In this document: piece by piece, positions 19,908-30,840 of the stretch
Layout: each line of letters opens with the position of its first letter
Numbering within the stretch: the first letter of the stretch is position 1
The notes under the pieces: generated by a model
Seen by the model: only the letters and a program-made list of their open reading frames with translations
What the model was told of the DNA's origin: nothing
Databases searched by the model: none
Source of the DNA: Trichomonas gallinae
Taxonomy: Eukaryota
NCBI GenBank assembly: GCA_008369845.1
Contig: MRSU01011412.1
Location: forward strand, 1-46,960
Length of the DNA stretch: 46,960 nucleotides
Direction of reading: 5' to 3'
Program-made: the position numbers and the translations under genes

Positions 19908-21299
19908 TTATGTTTTCTTTGGAATTTCTTCTTCATCAATAATAATTTCTTCATCGCTGGAAGATAGCAAGCAGGACAAGGATTGCTCGAACAACATTGG
20001 CTTTGGTCTAAGCGGGGACTTGAGGATGGAAGGGCTGACGGCAATTCCGTCTTTAAACACTTCAGAAGGCAAAACTTCGCTGTCTGAGCTTATGTGATTA
20101 TCTGGGATGTCTTCTGGCACCGGGATTCCGTTATCCTTAGGCTTGTACATCTTGTCGTACTTCCTTCGCGTCTTATCAAGTATTGGGTCTGGAATAGTAA
20201 TCGGAATACTTTCGAAAAACCTGCAATCAGGGTCATAGCATCTTTGCACTGCTACACCACTTGTTAGCTTGCAGACTATGTATATTCCATTGGATTTGTG
20301 CTCTCTTCCGATGTTTCTGCAGTATCTGCATCCAGATATACCGAAAATTATCGTGTTGTAGCTTTCATTGTAGTCGCATTTTGATATTTTCCCTGTAATA
20401 TCGAAGGACTTTAACACAAAGTCTTCAATTCCAAGGCCTTCAAGAGATGATAATTCTATTAAATGACTTCCTGGCATTCCTTTGACATTTGTTACACGCG
20501 TATGTCCATCTTCAGATACTTTCAACATATCTTCATAGCCAACGAGCTCTCTGTTAGGTGCATATGAAATTAATGTTGATTTAAAAAATTCTGGATTACT
20601 CGTCAATGCGGATGCGTTAGATCCATTAATGGGGATGAGCTGTTCTTCGTATGACTTTTTGCGCTTCGAATTCCATATTAATCGAAAACATCGATTTTTG
20701 CTGTAAACTCCTTGATCTACGATTTCTGCGAATTCTGGATATACTAATATATTCTCTCTGACAAATCTGCCGACGTGAAAATTATCATAAAACGCTTTAG
20801 TTTTTGATTTAATAATCATATGTCGCGAAAATTTTGTTTTTGAATCTGTTCCGAGTAATATAACTTCTGTATCATCTATGCCGAACAACTCTAGAAGCCT
20901 TTGTTGGCTCACTTCGATGATATTTTTTACAATTTTTTCGCCATTTAAATTTTTCTCTGCATACATGTATTCAACGTCATAATATAGATGACATGGTTTC
21001 AAATATTCGATAACTTCGTAGTAATGTCGATCAAATCCCCAACAAAAATATTCAAACATCTCATCGTAAACTGCAGGAAAGAAAGTGCGCTTTCCATCAT
21101 CTGTTGTTTCGTATGAGAAGATGCCCCATGGTCGTTTTTCATCTAAAGGCTTCACATTTTTGAATAAAGTGGAAGTATTTATTGTTTTTCGTAGTTTTTT
21201 GATATATTCCGGCGCAGAGCTCCAAAGAAGCTGCCCTTTTTGTGCCTGCGAGAGATGAGACTGAGCGCCATAGAATGATTTTGGCGCAATTTCAGTCAT
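19908..21299 (-). CDS. PRIMPOL: DNA-directed primase-polymerase PrimPol (AEP domain + UL52-like zinc finger)
   Basis: HYYEVI...CHLYYDVE (DxE), KFSRH (SxH), VDQGVYSKNRCFR, CRNIGREHKSN...CYDPDC; ATG 21299 preferred over upstream TTG because an Inr lies at 21314-21318. Confidence 0.92.
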   Translation of the reverse strand: MTEIAPKSFYGAQSHLSQAQKGQLLWSSAPEYIKKLRKTINTSTLFKNVKPLDEKRPWGIFSYETTDDGKRTFFPAVYDEMFEYFCWGFDRHYYEVIEYLKPCHLYYDVEYMYAEKNLNGEKIVKNIIEVSQQRLLELFGIDDTEVILLGTDSKTKFSRHMIIKSKTKAFYDNFHVGRFVRENILVYPEFAEIVDQGVYSKNRCFRLIWNSKRKKSYEEQLIPINGSNASALTSNPEFFKSTLISYAPNRELVGYEDMLKVSEDGHTRVTNVKGMPGSHLIELSSLEGLGIEDFVLKSFDITGKISKCDYNESYNTIIFGISGCRYCRNIGREHKSNGIYIVCKLTSGVAVQRCYDPDCRFFESIPITIPDPILDKTRRKYDKMYKPKDNGIPVPEDIPDNHISSDSEVLPSEVFKDGIAVSPSILKSPLRPKPMLFEQSLSCLLSSSDEEIIIDEEEIPKKT

Positions 21300-21313
21300 T
21301 CTAAAATCATAAA

Positions 21314-21318
21314 AGTGA
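21314..21318 (-). promoter_or_regulatory. Inr element TCACT for PrimPol
   Basis: TGTCACTTTT on minus strand 15 nt upstream of ATG 21299. Confidence 0.6.
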
Positions 21319-22101
21319 CACAAGATTTTAAAAAGTGTCAACTTTTGTTAATTTTTCTTCCTTTACAAAATCAATTTCCTCGGGGAAACGAGACAGAATT
21401 ATGACTCAATTTTCTAATATGGCATTATACTGATACTTATCTCCATACTATACTATTTAACATTACTATCTACCATTTGAATTCAAATGTTAAGACAGAA
21501 TAAATCATTTAAGCGTATATCTCATAATTCAATAACCAATATTACTAATTAATGCTCGTTATATCAATAAAAGACAATTTATTATAAATTTTGCGATTTT
21601 TCTCAAATGATCAATTTTTGAAGAAAACATTAAGGCTGTCTTGCCATCTATTATTTTCTAGATTTTAATTATCGATATTGTTATCCATCATGATACAATT
21701 TTAATCGATTTCAATATGAAAATATTGAAAAATGAATAGTCTCTATGTATAGGGAGTGCGTTTGAGAAAAAAAATTTAACCTTATTACCGCAACTTCTTC
21801 ATTCAGGAAAATCATTGTCTGATGACTATAAATCTTGACAAAAAAAAATTAAAATCATATTTCATTGCAACTATATACGTAGATATTATTGTGTTTCATA
21901 ACTAATGTTTCCGATTTGATCCAATATGGAAACATTAACATAACATATTTGCTTAGCTTTATAGTAGATAATGATCTTAAAAAAAAAAAAGTAAACTTCA
22001 GAATTTCAAATCTTATTTTGTAAACTTAACCTTATTGTCACTTTTAAACGTCTAATAAAATTTCAGATAATAACGCTTTACACGACTAAAGAAAATTTAC
22101 A

Positions 22102-23547
22102 ATGTCATATAACAGGGATGCTATTATCAATTATCACAACCAATCCGATTACACGATGGAGCTCGGCAATGTCCAGAGGAATATCAAGCCAGAAGACATT
22201 GTTGACTTTTACAAAATAATTTTCGGACATTTCCAGGAGACGATACCAGTCGAAATCGGTGAAGTAACACTCCGTACACTCAGCAGGCTCCTCCAGAAGA
22301 AGGTTTTTCGCCAACCATTCGTTGAAGGAAAATTCGCTGCTGGTCTTCCATACAACCAGAAGAACTTAACAGACGGAGTTCTCGATGTTCTTTACGTCCT
22401 CGTTACACGTTCACCAGAAATTTTCGATCAGGAAGTCGCTGATGCTTTTGCAAGATTAATCGTTCGCCAGCCAAAGCGTTCACTCGTTATCATCGCCATA
22501 TACGCGACATACTTCGAGCAGCTTGAGAATCCTTGGCCACTTCTCGATGATCTCATCCAGGGCCAGCGCAGATTCTCTGTTGACGAGTGCGCAAAGGAAT
22601 ACGTTTTACTTCTCGCTTACCTTGTTGTTGAGCACCGTGGCTTCCGCCGTGGCCGCGCTAAACAAGCATTTGACTGCGTCGCACAAAATCTCGAATCTAA
22701 CGATGTTGACGTCGTTAACGCAGCATACAGTGCTCTCGCATCTATTGTTTCCGTCGAGCAGAACATCATCGTCCCATTTCGCGAAGTTAGATCTCATCTC
22801 CAATTCCAGGAATTCCAGGATTATGTTCTCGACTTCTTGCTTGTCTGCCCACTCAACTGGGATGACCTCGCACATCCCAAGTTCCTCCGCACACTCTTAA
22901 AGATCGCCAGAACAAACTCCAAGGCGACATTAGTTTTAATGAGACTCGCAGAGGACATCAAAGTCGCCCAGTCTCTCGTTGAGTCCAACTCCTGGCTCGT
23001 CAAGGATCTCCCATCAGCCCAGGACACCCTCAGACTCTTCCTCGTCGTCTTCAAGCACCTCCCAATGCGTCCACTCATCGCACACAAGGACAACTTCATC
23101 ACATTCCTCCGCAGGGTCAACAGCTACGGCGCTGAAAGCGATCACAGCCTCCTCTGCACGATCATCAGGCGTGTCAACCTCGACAAGGAGCTCGTCTCAA
23201 AGATGTCCAAGGAGGGATTCATCGCAGAATACCTCGGTGCTGCCGATGACTTCCACTCCGAGAACGCGTCATACAGCGCCATTCTCTTCGCTGACACGAT
23301 CTGCAAGGACTTCTTCACTAAGGAGCTCGTGCCAATGTGCGAGACAGTCTTCGAGCTCATCCAGGCCGGAGGAGAGAACCAGCCAGCAGCCATCAAGCTC
23401 GCCACAGATATGTGCAGACACCAGAAGTGCGTCGATAAGTTTAACCACCTCAGACTTCCACAGTTCCTCAAGAACAAAATCAGCAAGATGAAAAACAGAG
23501 GACACATCAGGAAGCTCATCAACTTACTCGAAGGAAACGAAGAGTAA
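22102..23547 (+). CDS. ARM-like helical protein homologous to the C-terminal domain of the TKL kinase at 4239..6824
   Basis: 481 aa; shared motifs NPWPLLDDL/NPWPILDNL, AAYSALASI/AAYNGLAII, LRLFLVVFK/MRVFLVIFK, IIRRVNL...KEGFIAEY/TIRRADL...EAGFLKKY; strong C-ending codon bias. Confidence 0.88.
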   Translation: MSYNRDAIINYHNQSDYTMELGNVQRNIKPEDIVDFYKIIFGHFQETIPVEIGEVTLRTLSRLLQKKVFRQPFVEGKFAAGLPYNQKNLTDGVLDVLYVLVTRSPEIFDQEVADAFARLIVRQPKRSLVIIAIYATYFEQLENPWPLLDDLIQGQRRFSVDECAKEYVLLLAYLVVEHRGFRRGRAKQAFDCVAQNLESNDVDVVNAAYSALASIVSVEQNIIVPFREVRSHLQFQEFQDYVLDFLLVCPLNWDDLAHPKFLRTLLKIARTNSKATLVLMRLAEDIKVAQSLVESNSWLVKDLPSAQDTLRLFLVVFKHLPMRPLIAHKDNFITFLRRVNSYGAESDHSLLCTIIRRVNLDKELVSKMSKEGFIAEYLGAADDFHSENASYSAILFADTICKDFFTKELVPMCETVFELIQAGGENQPAAIKLATDMCRHQKCVDKFNHLRLPQFLKNKISKMKNRGHIRKLINLLEGNEE

Positions 23548-24640
23548 ACAAGCTTGATTTATTTATTAATTTTGATATTATTTTCAAATTATATATATAA
23601 CTATATTTAATCAATATACATTATTTTGAACGCATATATATGTTCTTCATCGCTTCTCTTATCTTAATATCAACAATATTAGATTAATTTTCTTATTATC
23701 TATATATATAAGTTGAGTTCTGATTGTGTTACAAGTTGTTGTGAGATGAGTTATATTGGTTTGAGATGATATGATAGTTTTGAAAAGGATCAAAAAATAT
23801 TCTTTGAATTAAAGTGAAAAAGAGTTGAATGATCGGGATATGCTATTGGATAAGACAGTGTAATGTCATACATTAAATATATAGGATTTCCTCCAATATT
23901 TGAAATTATTGGATGTAATCAGAATTATATTATGTCTTTATCATTGAAGAATGAGGATATCTATATGATTTATATTCTGACACATATATTACTGACCTGT
24001 CAATAATAATATTTCAAAATTTTTTTCTCTAATTATTCATTTCATTCCTTGTATGAATGATAGAACGATCCATATATGTCAAACTTGTATATTTATGTTA
24101 TATAATAACTAAATAAAGATTGCATCACAATCATTCATGACGTTAAAATATTACAAAAATGATGCGCTTCTAAATTGAGATTTTTCTCGTTGAATCTTTA
24201 TGTTTGGATTGTGCAAACAATGCATAATAATCATCACTTATATATCTATATAATTCAATTATCAAAAACCAAATATATTACTCGCATATGTTCAAAAATC
24301 AAATTCATCCAAACTAAAATATGAAATTTATATTTTAAGGATTTTAATAAAATATAAATCGATATATCATGTAGAAAAATTATGCATTCAAATTATTGAT
24401 TTTTGGAAAAAAAAAATTGATTTTGTAGTATCTTGAAAATGCTTTAAAAATCACAAAAATATGATTTTTTGGAGGTAATATTGCTATTTCACAAGAGAAA
24501 AAGGAATTTTATTTTTTTCATAAACAAATTTGACATTAAAATTTAGATAAACAGATGATATGCATGTAAATAACCCAAAAAAACTGAGAAAAAAAGCGGC
24601 CTGTTTTTGTAAAGTTTCTATTTTTGATTAAGGCTTGAAA

Positions 24641-25381
24641 ATGACGCTCACGAAATCTTCCGATATACAGAGTCTTTTGGAGGACCTGATGGCGAAGGAA
24701 GAGGCGAGAGCGGTCGAGCTCAAGAAAAAGTACGACGAGTTATCACAGAAACTTTCGGAACAGCACTTGGGAATTCCAAGTCTTAGTTCTGATGTAACAA
24801 TCGGCGATGAATTAGTTCTGAAATGCATGACAGCGAAAAGTAAAACAACAGTAATAAGGCCGTCCTGTTCACTCGACGATTTTATTGGAAGTGTGAAAAT
24901 TGGTTATGGTTCTGAATGCCCTCACAGATCCAATATTCAAGTCGGATACAGGGATGACTCTGGAAGAATTATCTATTTACGTACAACTCAAGATTTATCG
25001 TATTTAACTAAATGGTATTTTGCGCAAGAGCCGGCTTCTGTTCCGATTTATATTCTTACAGAGGAGGAAGCTGACTTGTTCAAGAAATTCAATTTTAGGA
25101 AGGAATCGTTAAATAAAGATGGATGCTGTGCTGTTTTCAGATGCGAAGCAGCCGGCCCAGACAAACCACTCATATACTTAGCAATTCCAAACTTGAATTA
25201 CACAGATGGAAAGAAATTCCTTGAGGGAATCTTCCAAAAAATTACAAATATCATGTTTGTTGATGAAGCTGAAGATATGATTACTGTGGATTCTACAGAA
25301 TCATGGGATTACTGCATGGAAACAGGTGTAGCTATGTCAAAGACTGGAAATTATCCTCTCCTTATTTTACAGACAGGATAA
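24641..25381 (+). CDS. Coiled-coil plus tandem PB1-like domain protein
   Basis: ATG 24641; N-terminal coiled coil; VGYRDDSGRIIYLRTTQDL and MFVDEAEDMITVDSTESW resemble PB1/OPCA motif (Y.DedgD.i.i.s..dl). Confidence 0.7.
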   Translation: MTLTKSSDIQSLLEDLMAKEEARAVELKKKYDELSQKLSEQHLGIPSLSSDVTIGDELVLKCMTAKSKTTVIRPSCSLDDFIGSVKIGYGSECPHRSNIQVGYRDDSGRIIYLRTTQDLSYLTKWYFAQEPASVPIYILTEEEADLFKKFNFRKESLNKDGCCAVFRCEAAGPDKPLIYLAIPNLNYTDGKKFLEGIFQKITNIMFVDEAEDMITVDSTESWDYCMETGVAMSKTGNYPLLILQTG

Positions 25382-25810
25382 ACGGTGATATATTTTTCTA
25401 AACTCCTTTTACTAAACTATTAAGTTTCACATTTAAGTTTAACTCAATTGTTTTATTTTCATCATCGAATTTTGATAATTATTGATTTATCACTTCACAT
25501 GGATATTGAAAATATATGGCTACAATAGCAGCTCTATAACATAAAGAGATTAAAATCGAGGGACTTATTATGTTATATTCAATTTCGACATTATCCGATT
25601 TCAACACTTGTATTATAATATACTAAATATATGTATGATGTTAATCATGTTTAAATCTCTCTAACACATTAATTTGTACAAAAATAAATATTATTTAATA
25701 TTTCTAAAAAACTGATAAAGCATCCAATTCTTTTCGTATAGGCAATGATATTGGTTGAATTTAAGACAAGAATGAATTTAATTTTTTATAATAATTATAT
25801 GTACACTTTT

Positions 25811-26257
25811 TTACTCGAGTAAGCAGCCATAAACAGTTGCATTTGCGGTGAATGTTGGGCGTTCAAGGGTGTATGTAACATAGTTATCGTGTTCCATATC
25901 CCAAAGGCATGCAGAGCCCATATAAAGAGCCTGACCGATTTTCTCGCTAATTGTGAGCTGAACGACGAATTTGAATCTGCTTTTGACATTTTCTGGGCAT
26001 AATACACCAGGTTGTTCTAAAGCATCCTTGAATTTTGTTGTAAGTGGACGAAGGAAGTTTGTAACATCTCCGAATGACTCATATGTTGGTCCCCTAACGA
26101 TATCCTTGCCTGAACCTTTGTCTTCTGGAAATGCTTCAAGCATAAGTTTCTCAATAACCTTCCTAACAGCTGTAACTGGGAATACTTGAGATGGGAGATG
26201 ATATGTGTTTTCAATCGGTGGCGCTGGTGGTTGTTCTTTAGTGTCTTTTGCTGCCAT
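25811..26257 (-). CDS. Tctex-1 family dynein light chain
   Basis: 148 aa; ENTY.LP, RFKFVVQLTISEKIGQ, SACLWD..HDNY, ATVYG motifs; Inr TCACT at 26284-26288. Confidence 0.92.
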   Translation of the reverse strand: MAAKDTKEQPPAPPIENTYHLPSQVFPVTAVRKVIEKLMLEAFPEDKGSGKDIVRGPTYESFGDVTNFLRPLTTKFKDALEQPGVLCPENVKSRFKFVVQLTISEKIGQALYMGSACLWDMEHDNYVTYTLERPTFTANATVYGCLLE

Positions 26258-26603
26258 TTTTGATATAACGTTTATATTCCAAAAGTGACATTGATTTTTT
26301 CTAAAATTCGAAAATTTTTAGTTTTTTAAGATATGTATAATTTATATTTGTATTATTTACAACAAAAAATAAAAAATCGAAAATATTTCGACTTTTTCAA
26401 ACGAAATGAGTAGCTTTCGTTATGATATTCTTAGCACTCAGTATAATATGGTCTATTATATTTGGTTATGATTCGAATTTATTAGATTGTTAAGTTTGAA
26501 TGTAAAAATATCGAGACGAAAATTTAAAGATTTGATTAAAAATATATGCTTCTCTGAATGGGAGTAAAAAAGATCGGTTAATCAGTGAAATAGTATATTA
26601 ATT

Positions 26604-27059
26604 TTACTGTGTCCATGAATCTTCTACACATTGTTTAACACGGTGGTTGTACTCTGGTCTATTTTCTCTGTACAACTGAGCAGCTTCAGCATTAGCTGGA
26701 GAATTTGGATTAGGGTCTGTCAAAAGAGATTGAATTGATGTTAAAATAGCAGAGATATCATAAGCTGGACTCCAATTGTTTTGTAGGATATCCAAGCAAA
26801 TTGCTCCAGATCTAATATAAACATTTGGATGGAAAACTGGTGTAACAAATGTTACTTTCGGTGGTTCATGTGGGTACTTTTCGGTGAATTCAAGTTTAAG
26901 CTTGAAAACTCCATCTTCCCAGATTGTATCAGCAGGACCAAGGATAACAGCGTTCCAGAGCATGATATTGTCGGCCTCTGGTGATGCTGGTAAACTCTGT
27001 GGGTCATTCTTGAGCTTTCTGAAGTCGTGAAGGAGGCGTCTGCGTGCGTCCGTCGTCAT
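26604..27059 (-). CDS. RAD6: Ubiquitin-conjugating enzyme E2, Rad6/UBC2 class
   Basis: 151 aa; [35 protein letters not shown]...[32 protein letters not shown]. Confidence 0.93.
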   Translation of the reverse strand: MTTDARRRLLHDFRKLKNDPQSLPASPEADNIMLWNAVILGPADTIWEDGVFKLKLEFTEKYPHEPPKVTFVTPVFHPNVYIRSGAICLDILQNNWSPAYDISAILTSIQSLLTDPNPNSPANAEAAQLYRENRPEYNHRVKQCVEDSWTQ

Positions 27060-27339
27060 TGAATAATTTTGAAAATCTGAAAATAATTGTTCAGATCATT
27101 TCATACAAAACGTAGGCTATCCATCAATAAGATAAACAGATTTCGATTAAATTTCAAAATCATTTCATGAGAAAAAAGTTATTATTGTAAAATTAGGACT
27201 TTTATAATCCAAAGATTCCATTGTATGAAAAATTTCGTCTTTATCAACATTTTTGAATAAAAATTTTAAACGTTAGTAAAATCAAATCAAACATATGATA
27301 TTCAAGATTAATGTTTGGGACACAGACTCAGATGCATCT

Positions 27340-27545
27340 GATGAATCATTCATACTAATATATCCCTAAAATTCTCCAAAAAGATCATGAAAATATCCAA
27401 CAAAATAAAAATGTCATGTAAACTAGTTTATTTGTCTATGAAACATTATGAATCACTCATTCTAATGTATATCTCTAAAATTCTCCAAACATAAGATGTA
27501 GGAATTCCAAAATGACATGTAAACTTGTGTTATTTGTCATAAATT
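27340..27545. repeat. Imperfect tandem duplication (about 100-107 bp) each copy carrying a TG(T/A)CATGTAAA motif
   Basis: ATGAATCA.TCAT.CTAAT..ATAT..CTAAAATTCTCCAAA occurs near 27341 and 27448; motif at 27412 and 27513. Confidence 0.75.
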
Positions 27546-27861
27546 TAATATATATAAAAGTCGGAGAAAAAAGCAATAAATAAGATCTATGAAATGTTAC
27601 AATAGGAGAAGAAAGCATAGATAGCTAATTCTGGCTGACAGAATAAAGTCTATGAAATGATATGAATCACAACATTTGCTAGATTGAGCTACTTGTTCCC
27701 TTATTGATAGAATAATGTATATGAGATGTTGTGCATTGGCTGTCTTTGTTATCAAGTCGAAAGTACAAAAATTGGCGGAATTTTCTGCTAAAAAAAATTG
27801 AGGGAAATTCTTTCCAAAATTTTGACGATAGAAGATTTTGGTCTTTTAGTAGTATCGAATA

Positions 27862-28914
27862 ATGGCTCGAATTATTACGACCACTGATGAAGATCTTACA
27901 ATTGCTGCCAAGCAGATCAATGCGGGTGGACTTGTTGCCTTTCCCACTGAAACAGTTTACGGCCTTGGCGCGCATTTAGAGGAGAAAGCTTTGGCACAAA
28001 TTTTTGCTGCTAAGCATCGCCCATATTCAGACCCATTAATTACACATTTTGCCACAGCAGAAGCAGCCAAGAAGTATTTAATTCTAACGGAGGAAGAATC
28101 TAAGAATTTCGATAAACTCGCTGAGGCATTTTGGCCGGGTCCAATGACAATTGTCGCCCCAGCTACTAAAGCTGTTCCTCCTCTCGTTATGGCTGGAACT
28201 GGCTGCGTTGGTGTTCGTGTCCCATCTCATCCAATTGCCCATCGTTTCCTAGAAATCTGCGGTGAGCCAGTTGCCGCCCCAAGTGCAAATCTTTTCGGTC
28301 ACGTTTCGCCAACAACTTGCGATCACGTTATGTACGATCTTGGAAAAACACCAGAACTTCTCGTTATTTCTGGCGGCAATGCTACAATTGGCATTGAATC
28401 TACGGTTCTTCGTCTCCATGGAAGCAGCATTGCTGTCCTCCGCCCAGGTTTCATCACAGCAGGCCAAGTTGAGCAAATTATTCCAGGCTCTGTCACAAGA
28501 GATGCTGTTATGAAGGAGAAACTCGCCTCCCCTGGCCACGAAACACGCCACTACGCCCCAGATATGCCAACTTACCTCGTTAGAAAGCAGGGATCTAAAG
28601 ATGCTGTCGCTGAAACAGTTTCTATTACACCAGACACAGTTCTTATCGACTTCAATCGTACTTTCTCTACATTGTCAGGTCAGGTTCTTCGCTACTTCGA
28701 TTTATCTCCAGTCGGAAATGTTGCTGACGCAGTTCGCAATGTTTATAATGTTTTACGCGACGCTGAGCAGACACCGGGTGCAAAGCAGTGCATTATTGCA
28801 GATGTACTCGAGTCTGGCAATGAAAATGATGCACACGACAACGAACTCTGCAATTCTCTCCGTGATCGACTTCTTCGTTCCGCTTCACACCAAATTAGAA
28901 CGCTCATTATGTAA
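27862..28914 (+). CDS. SUA5: Sua5/YrdC threonylcarbamoyl-AMP synthase with SUA5 C-terminal domain
   Basis: 350 aa; VAFPTETVYGLG, K.RP..DPLI.H, FWPGPMT, GVRVPSHP, APSAN, GIESTV, SPG....HYAP. Confidence 0.95.
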   Translation: MARIITTTDEDLTIAAKQINAGGLVAFPTETVYGLGAHLEEKALAQIFAAKHRPYSDPLITHFATAEAAKKYLILTEEESKNFDKLAEAFWPGPMTIVAPATKAVPPLVMAGTGCVGVRVPSHPIAHRFLEICGEPVAAPSANLFGHVSPTTCDHVMYDLGKTPELLVISGGNATIGIESTVLRLHGSSIAVLRPGFITAGQVEQIIPGSVTRDAVMKEKLASPGHETRHYAPDMPTYLVRKQGSKDAVAETVSITPDTVLIDFNRTFSTLSGQVLRYFDLSPVGNVADAVRNVYNVLRDAEQTPGAKQCIIADVLESGNENDAHDNELCNSLRDRLLRSASHQIRTLIM

Positions 28915-29450
28915 TTTACTGTATTAATAAATCTTTGATGTTTTTATAAACCTTTATTTAGCTTAAACTAAACCTAAATATCAAATTTCAAAACATTTTC
29001 ATTAAGTAATATCTTTGTTTGATGATATAAAACTATTTATCACCTATAATAATTGATATCTATCGATTTAAAAACCCAATAATTAAACGATTTAACCTTG
29101 ATTTTTAAAAAAATTAATAAAAATCACTCTAAATATAGATGAGTTTCATATGAATTTCTAATAGAAATCAACAAAGTCGATTTTAGAATTTTCCTTGTAT
29201 ACATTTATTTTGACTATTACTGCATTTATTCAGCTTTATTTTGGAAATTAAAAAAATTTCCAATATTCGAACAAAATTTTATTAATATTTGATGAATAAA
29301 CACCAAGTAGCTTGTAGTGATTGATTCTAGTTTGAAAATTTTAATAAATGAATAATAATCAAGTAATAAAAGAAGAGTTTAAACTCGATGTGCAAACATA
29401 TAGCAACAGATAAAGACATGAATGAGGTTTCATTGGCGTAAAGAGCAAAA

Positions 29451-30167
29451 TTAGAATGTGACGTATAAGAAACCATCTGGGTACAATAATAATGGGATTA
29501 CATTAGTAACAAGAGTATTTGCATCAACTTCAATACCATGAATTGTAACAGTATCAACGTTTAGGATGTCTTTTAATGTTTGCCCATCCTTAGGTATTGC
29601 AAAATGATTTGTAACTTTTCCTTCGGAACTCAATGCCTTTATTGGCCATTTATTCCATGTTTTAGAGTTATTTTCGACTATTTTTTGCTGCTCGGCGAAT
29701 TTTTCGAAATTCTGAGATTTGACAGCTTCTAAAATATTTTCTGGTAACTTGCTATACTGCTGGAAAAGCACAGTGTTATCATTTTGAAGGAATAAAGCAT
29801 TCTTAAATGCATGATTGAAGAATTTATCAGCAACTTCTTGTGAAGGGCAGCGCAAAACTCCAGTAGATGGGAAATTTTCTTTTTTGATGAATATTTCTAA
29901 GACTGAGAATTGAGAATTCGGAGGATAAAATGAATCGTAAATTAAACCAGCTGGGAGATTTGGCTGAATATGTCTGCCACCAGACATCATGTAAAAATCA
30001 TTGCAGTTTCCATTAATTTCAAATTCGAATTTTTTATGGAAGAAAGAAGCAAATGAAATGCATCTCGGGACGTTCATGTAAAGCGGGAGATCTAAATCAT
30101 AAAAGTTAACTTTGACAGGAATTGTGCCAAGAAAAACTTTTTGTTTTATTTCGACAACTTCACCCAT
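29451..30167 (-). CDS. ATG5: Autophagy protein ATG5
   Basis: 238 aa; VF.GTIPV, VPR.I, LPAGLIYD, NFP...LRC, FF..AFKNA (acceptor Lys), TIHGIE, LYPDGFLYV follow the Atg5 motif order. Confidence 0.82.
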   Translation of the reverse strand: MGEVVEIKQKVFLGTIPVKVNFYDLDLPLYMNVPRCISFASFFHKKFEFEINGNCNDFYMMSGGRHIQPNLPAGLIYDSFYPPNSQFSVLEIFIKKENFPSTGVLRCPSQEVADKFFNHAFKNALFLQNDNTVLFQQYSKLPENILEAVKSQNFEKFAEQQKIVENNSKTWNKWPIKALSSEGKVTNHFAIPKDGQTLKDILNVDTVTIHGIEVDANTLVTNVIPLLLYPDGFLYVTF

Positions 30168-30840
30168 TTTTTTTGACGGTTTTCCTAATTTTTAATCACT
30201 TTTTACATGTCAAAAATATTATGTAAAGTATTCATTTTTAAAATTCATCTGCCAAATGTCATAATTCTTTTATCATTCGCTCCCTTGTATGAATTCAAAC
30301 GTTTGGCACATGAAATCACCACCATAATGGTTCTTTGAAATAAAACTTTCGAATTATATTGAAGGTATATTTGGAAACGTTTCAATTGCATTGATATACT
30401 CCATTATTAAACAAAAACCTACAGGAAAGCACTTTAATATTCTTGAAATATATACAAAATAAATTTGTAAACTTGATGGTATCAAATATAGTTGTATTAT
30501 CATAAATTTTTTCGAAATATAAAATATTTTTTCCAAACATTTCTTGTTGTTATGTAATTGCTTTTTACTAACTTTCAATCATATTTTTGTATCTAAACTC
30601 ATCAAATATATTAATTAATTAATCTTGAAATTTAAAAAACATTTTTGTTGAACATTTACTTGAAAAATAGAATAAGTTCAGTAAAAGTATCATGTTTTAA
30701 TAAGTAATACTAGTCTATTTTAAAAGATTCAAATCCATAAAATTTGAATTATGAATTTAACAATCAAAATATCAAAAGTATAGATCCAAAAGTGGCAGAA
30801 AAACGTAACTTTCTGTATGAGTTTTTCATTTTTTTAGAGG

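Noticed and set aside
22105..23522. Several overlapping alternative-frame and antisense ORFs (up to 170 aa)
   Set aside because: By-products of C-ending codon bias in the 481-aa gene; Ser/Thr-rich translations typical of shifted frames.
23700..24050. Possible gene remnant in the long intergenic region
   Set aside because: Only short (about 40 aa) open stretches with no recognisable similarity.
19908..27059. PrimPol plus RAD6 as a damage-tolerance gene cluster
   Set aside because: Separated by unrelated genes; no evidence of co-regulation; likely chance.
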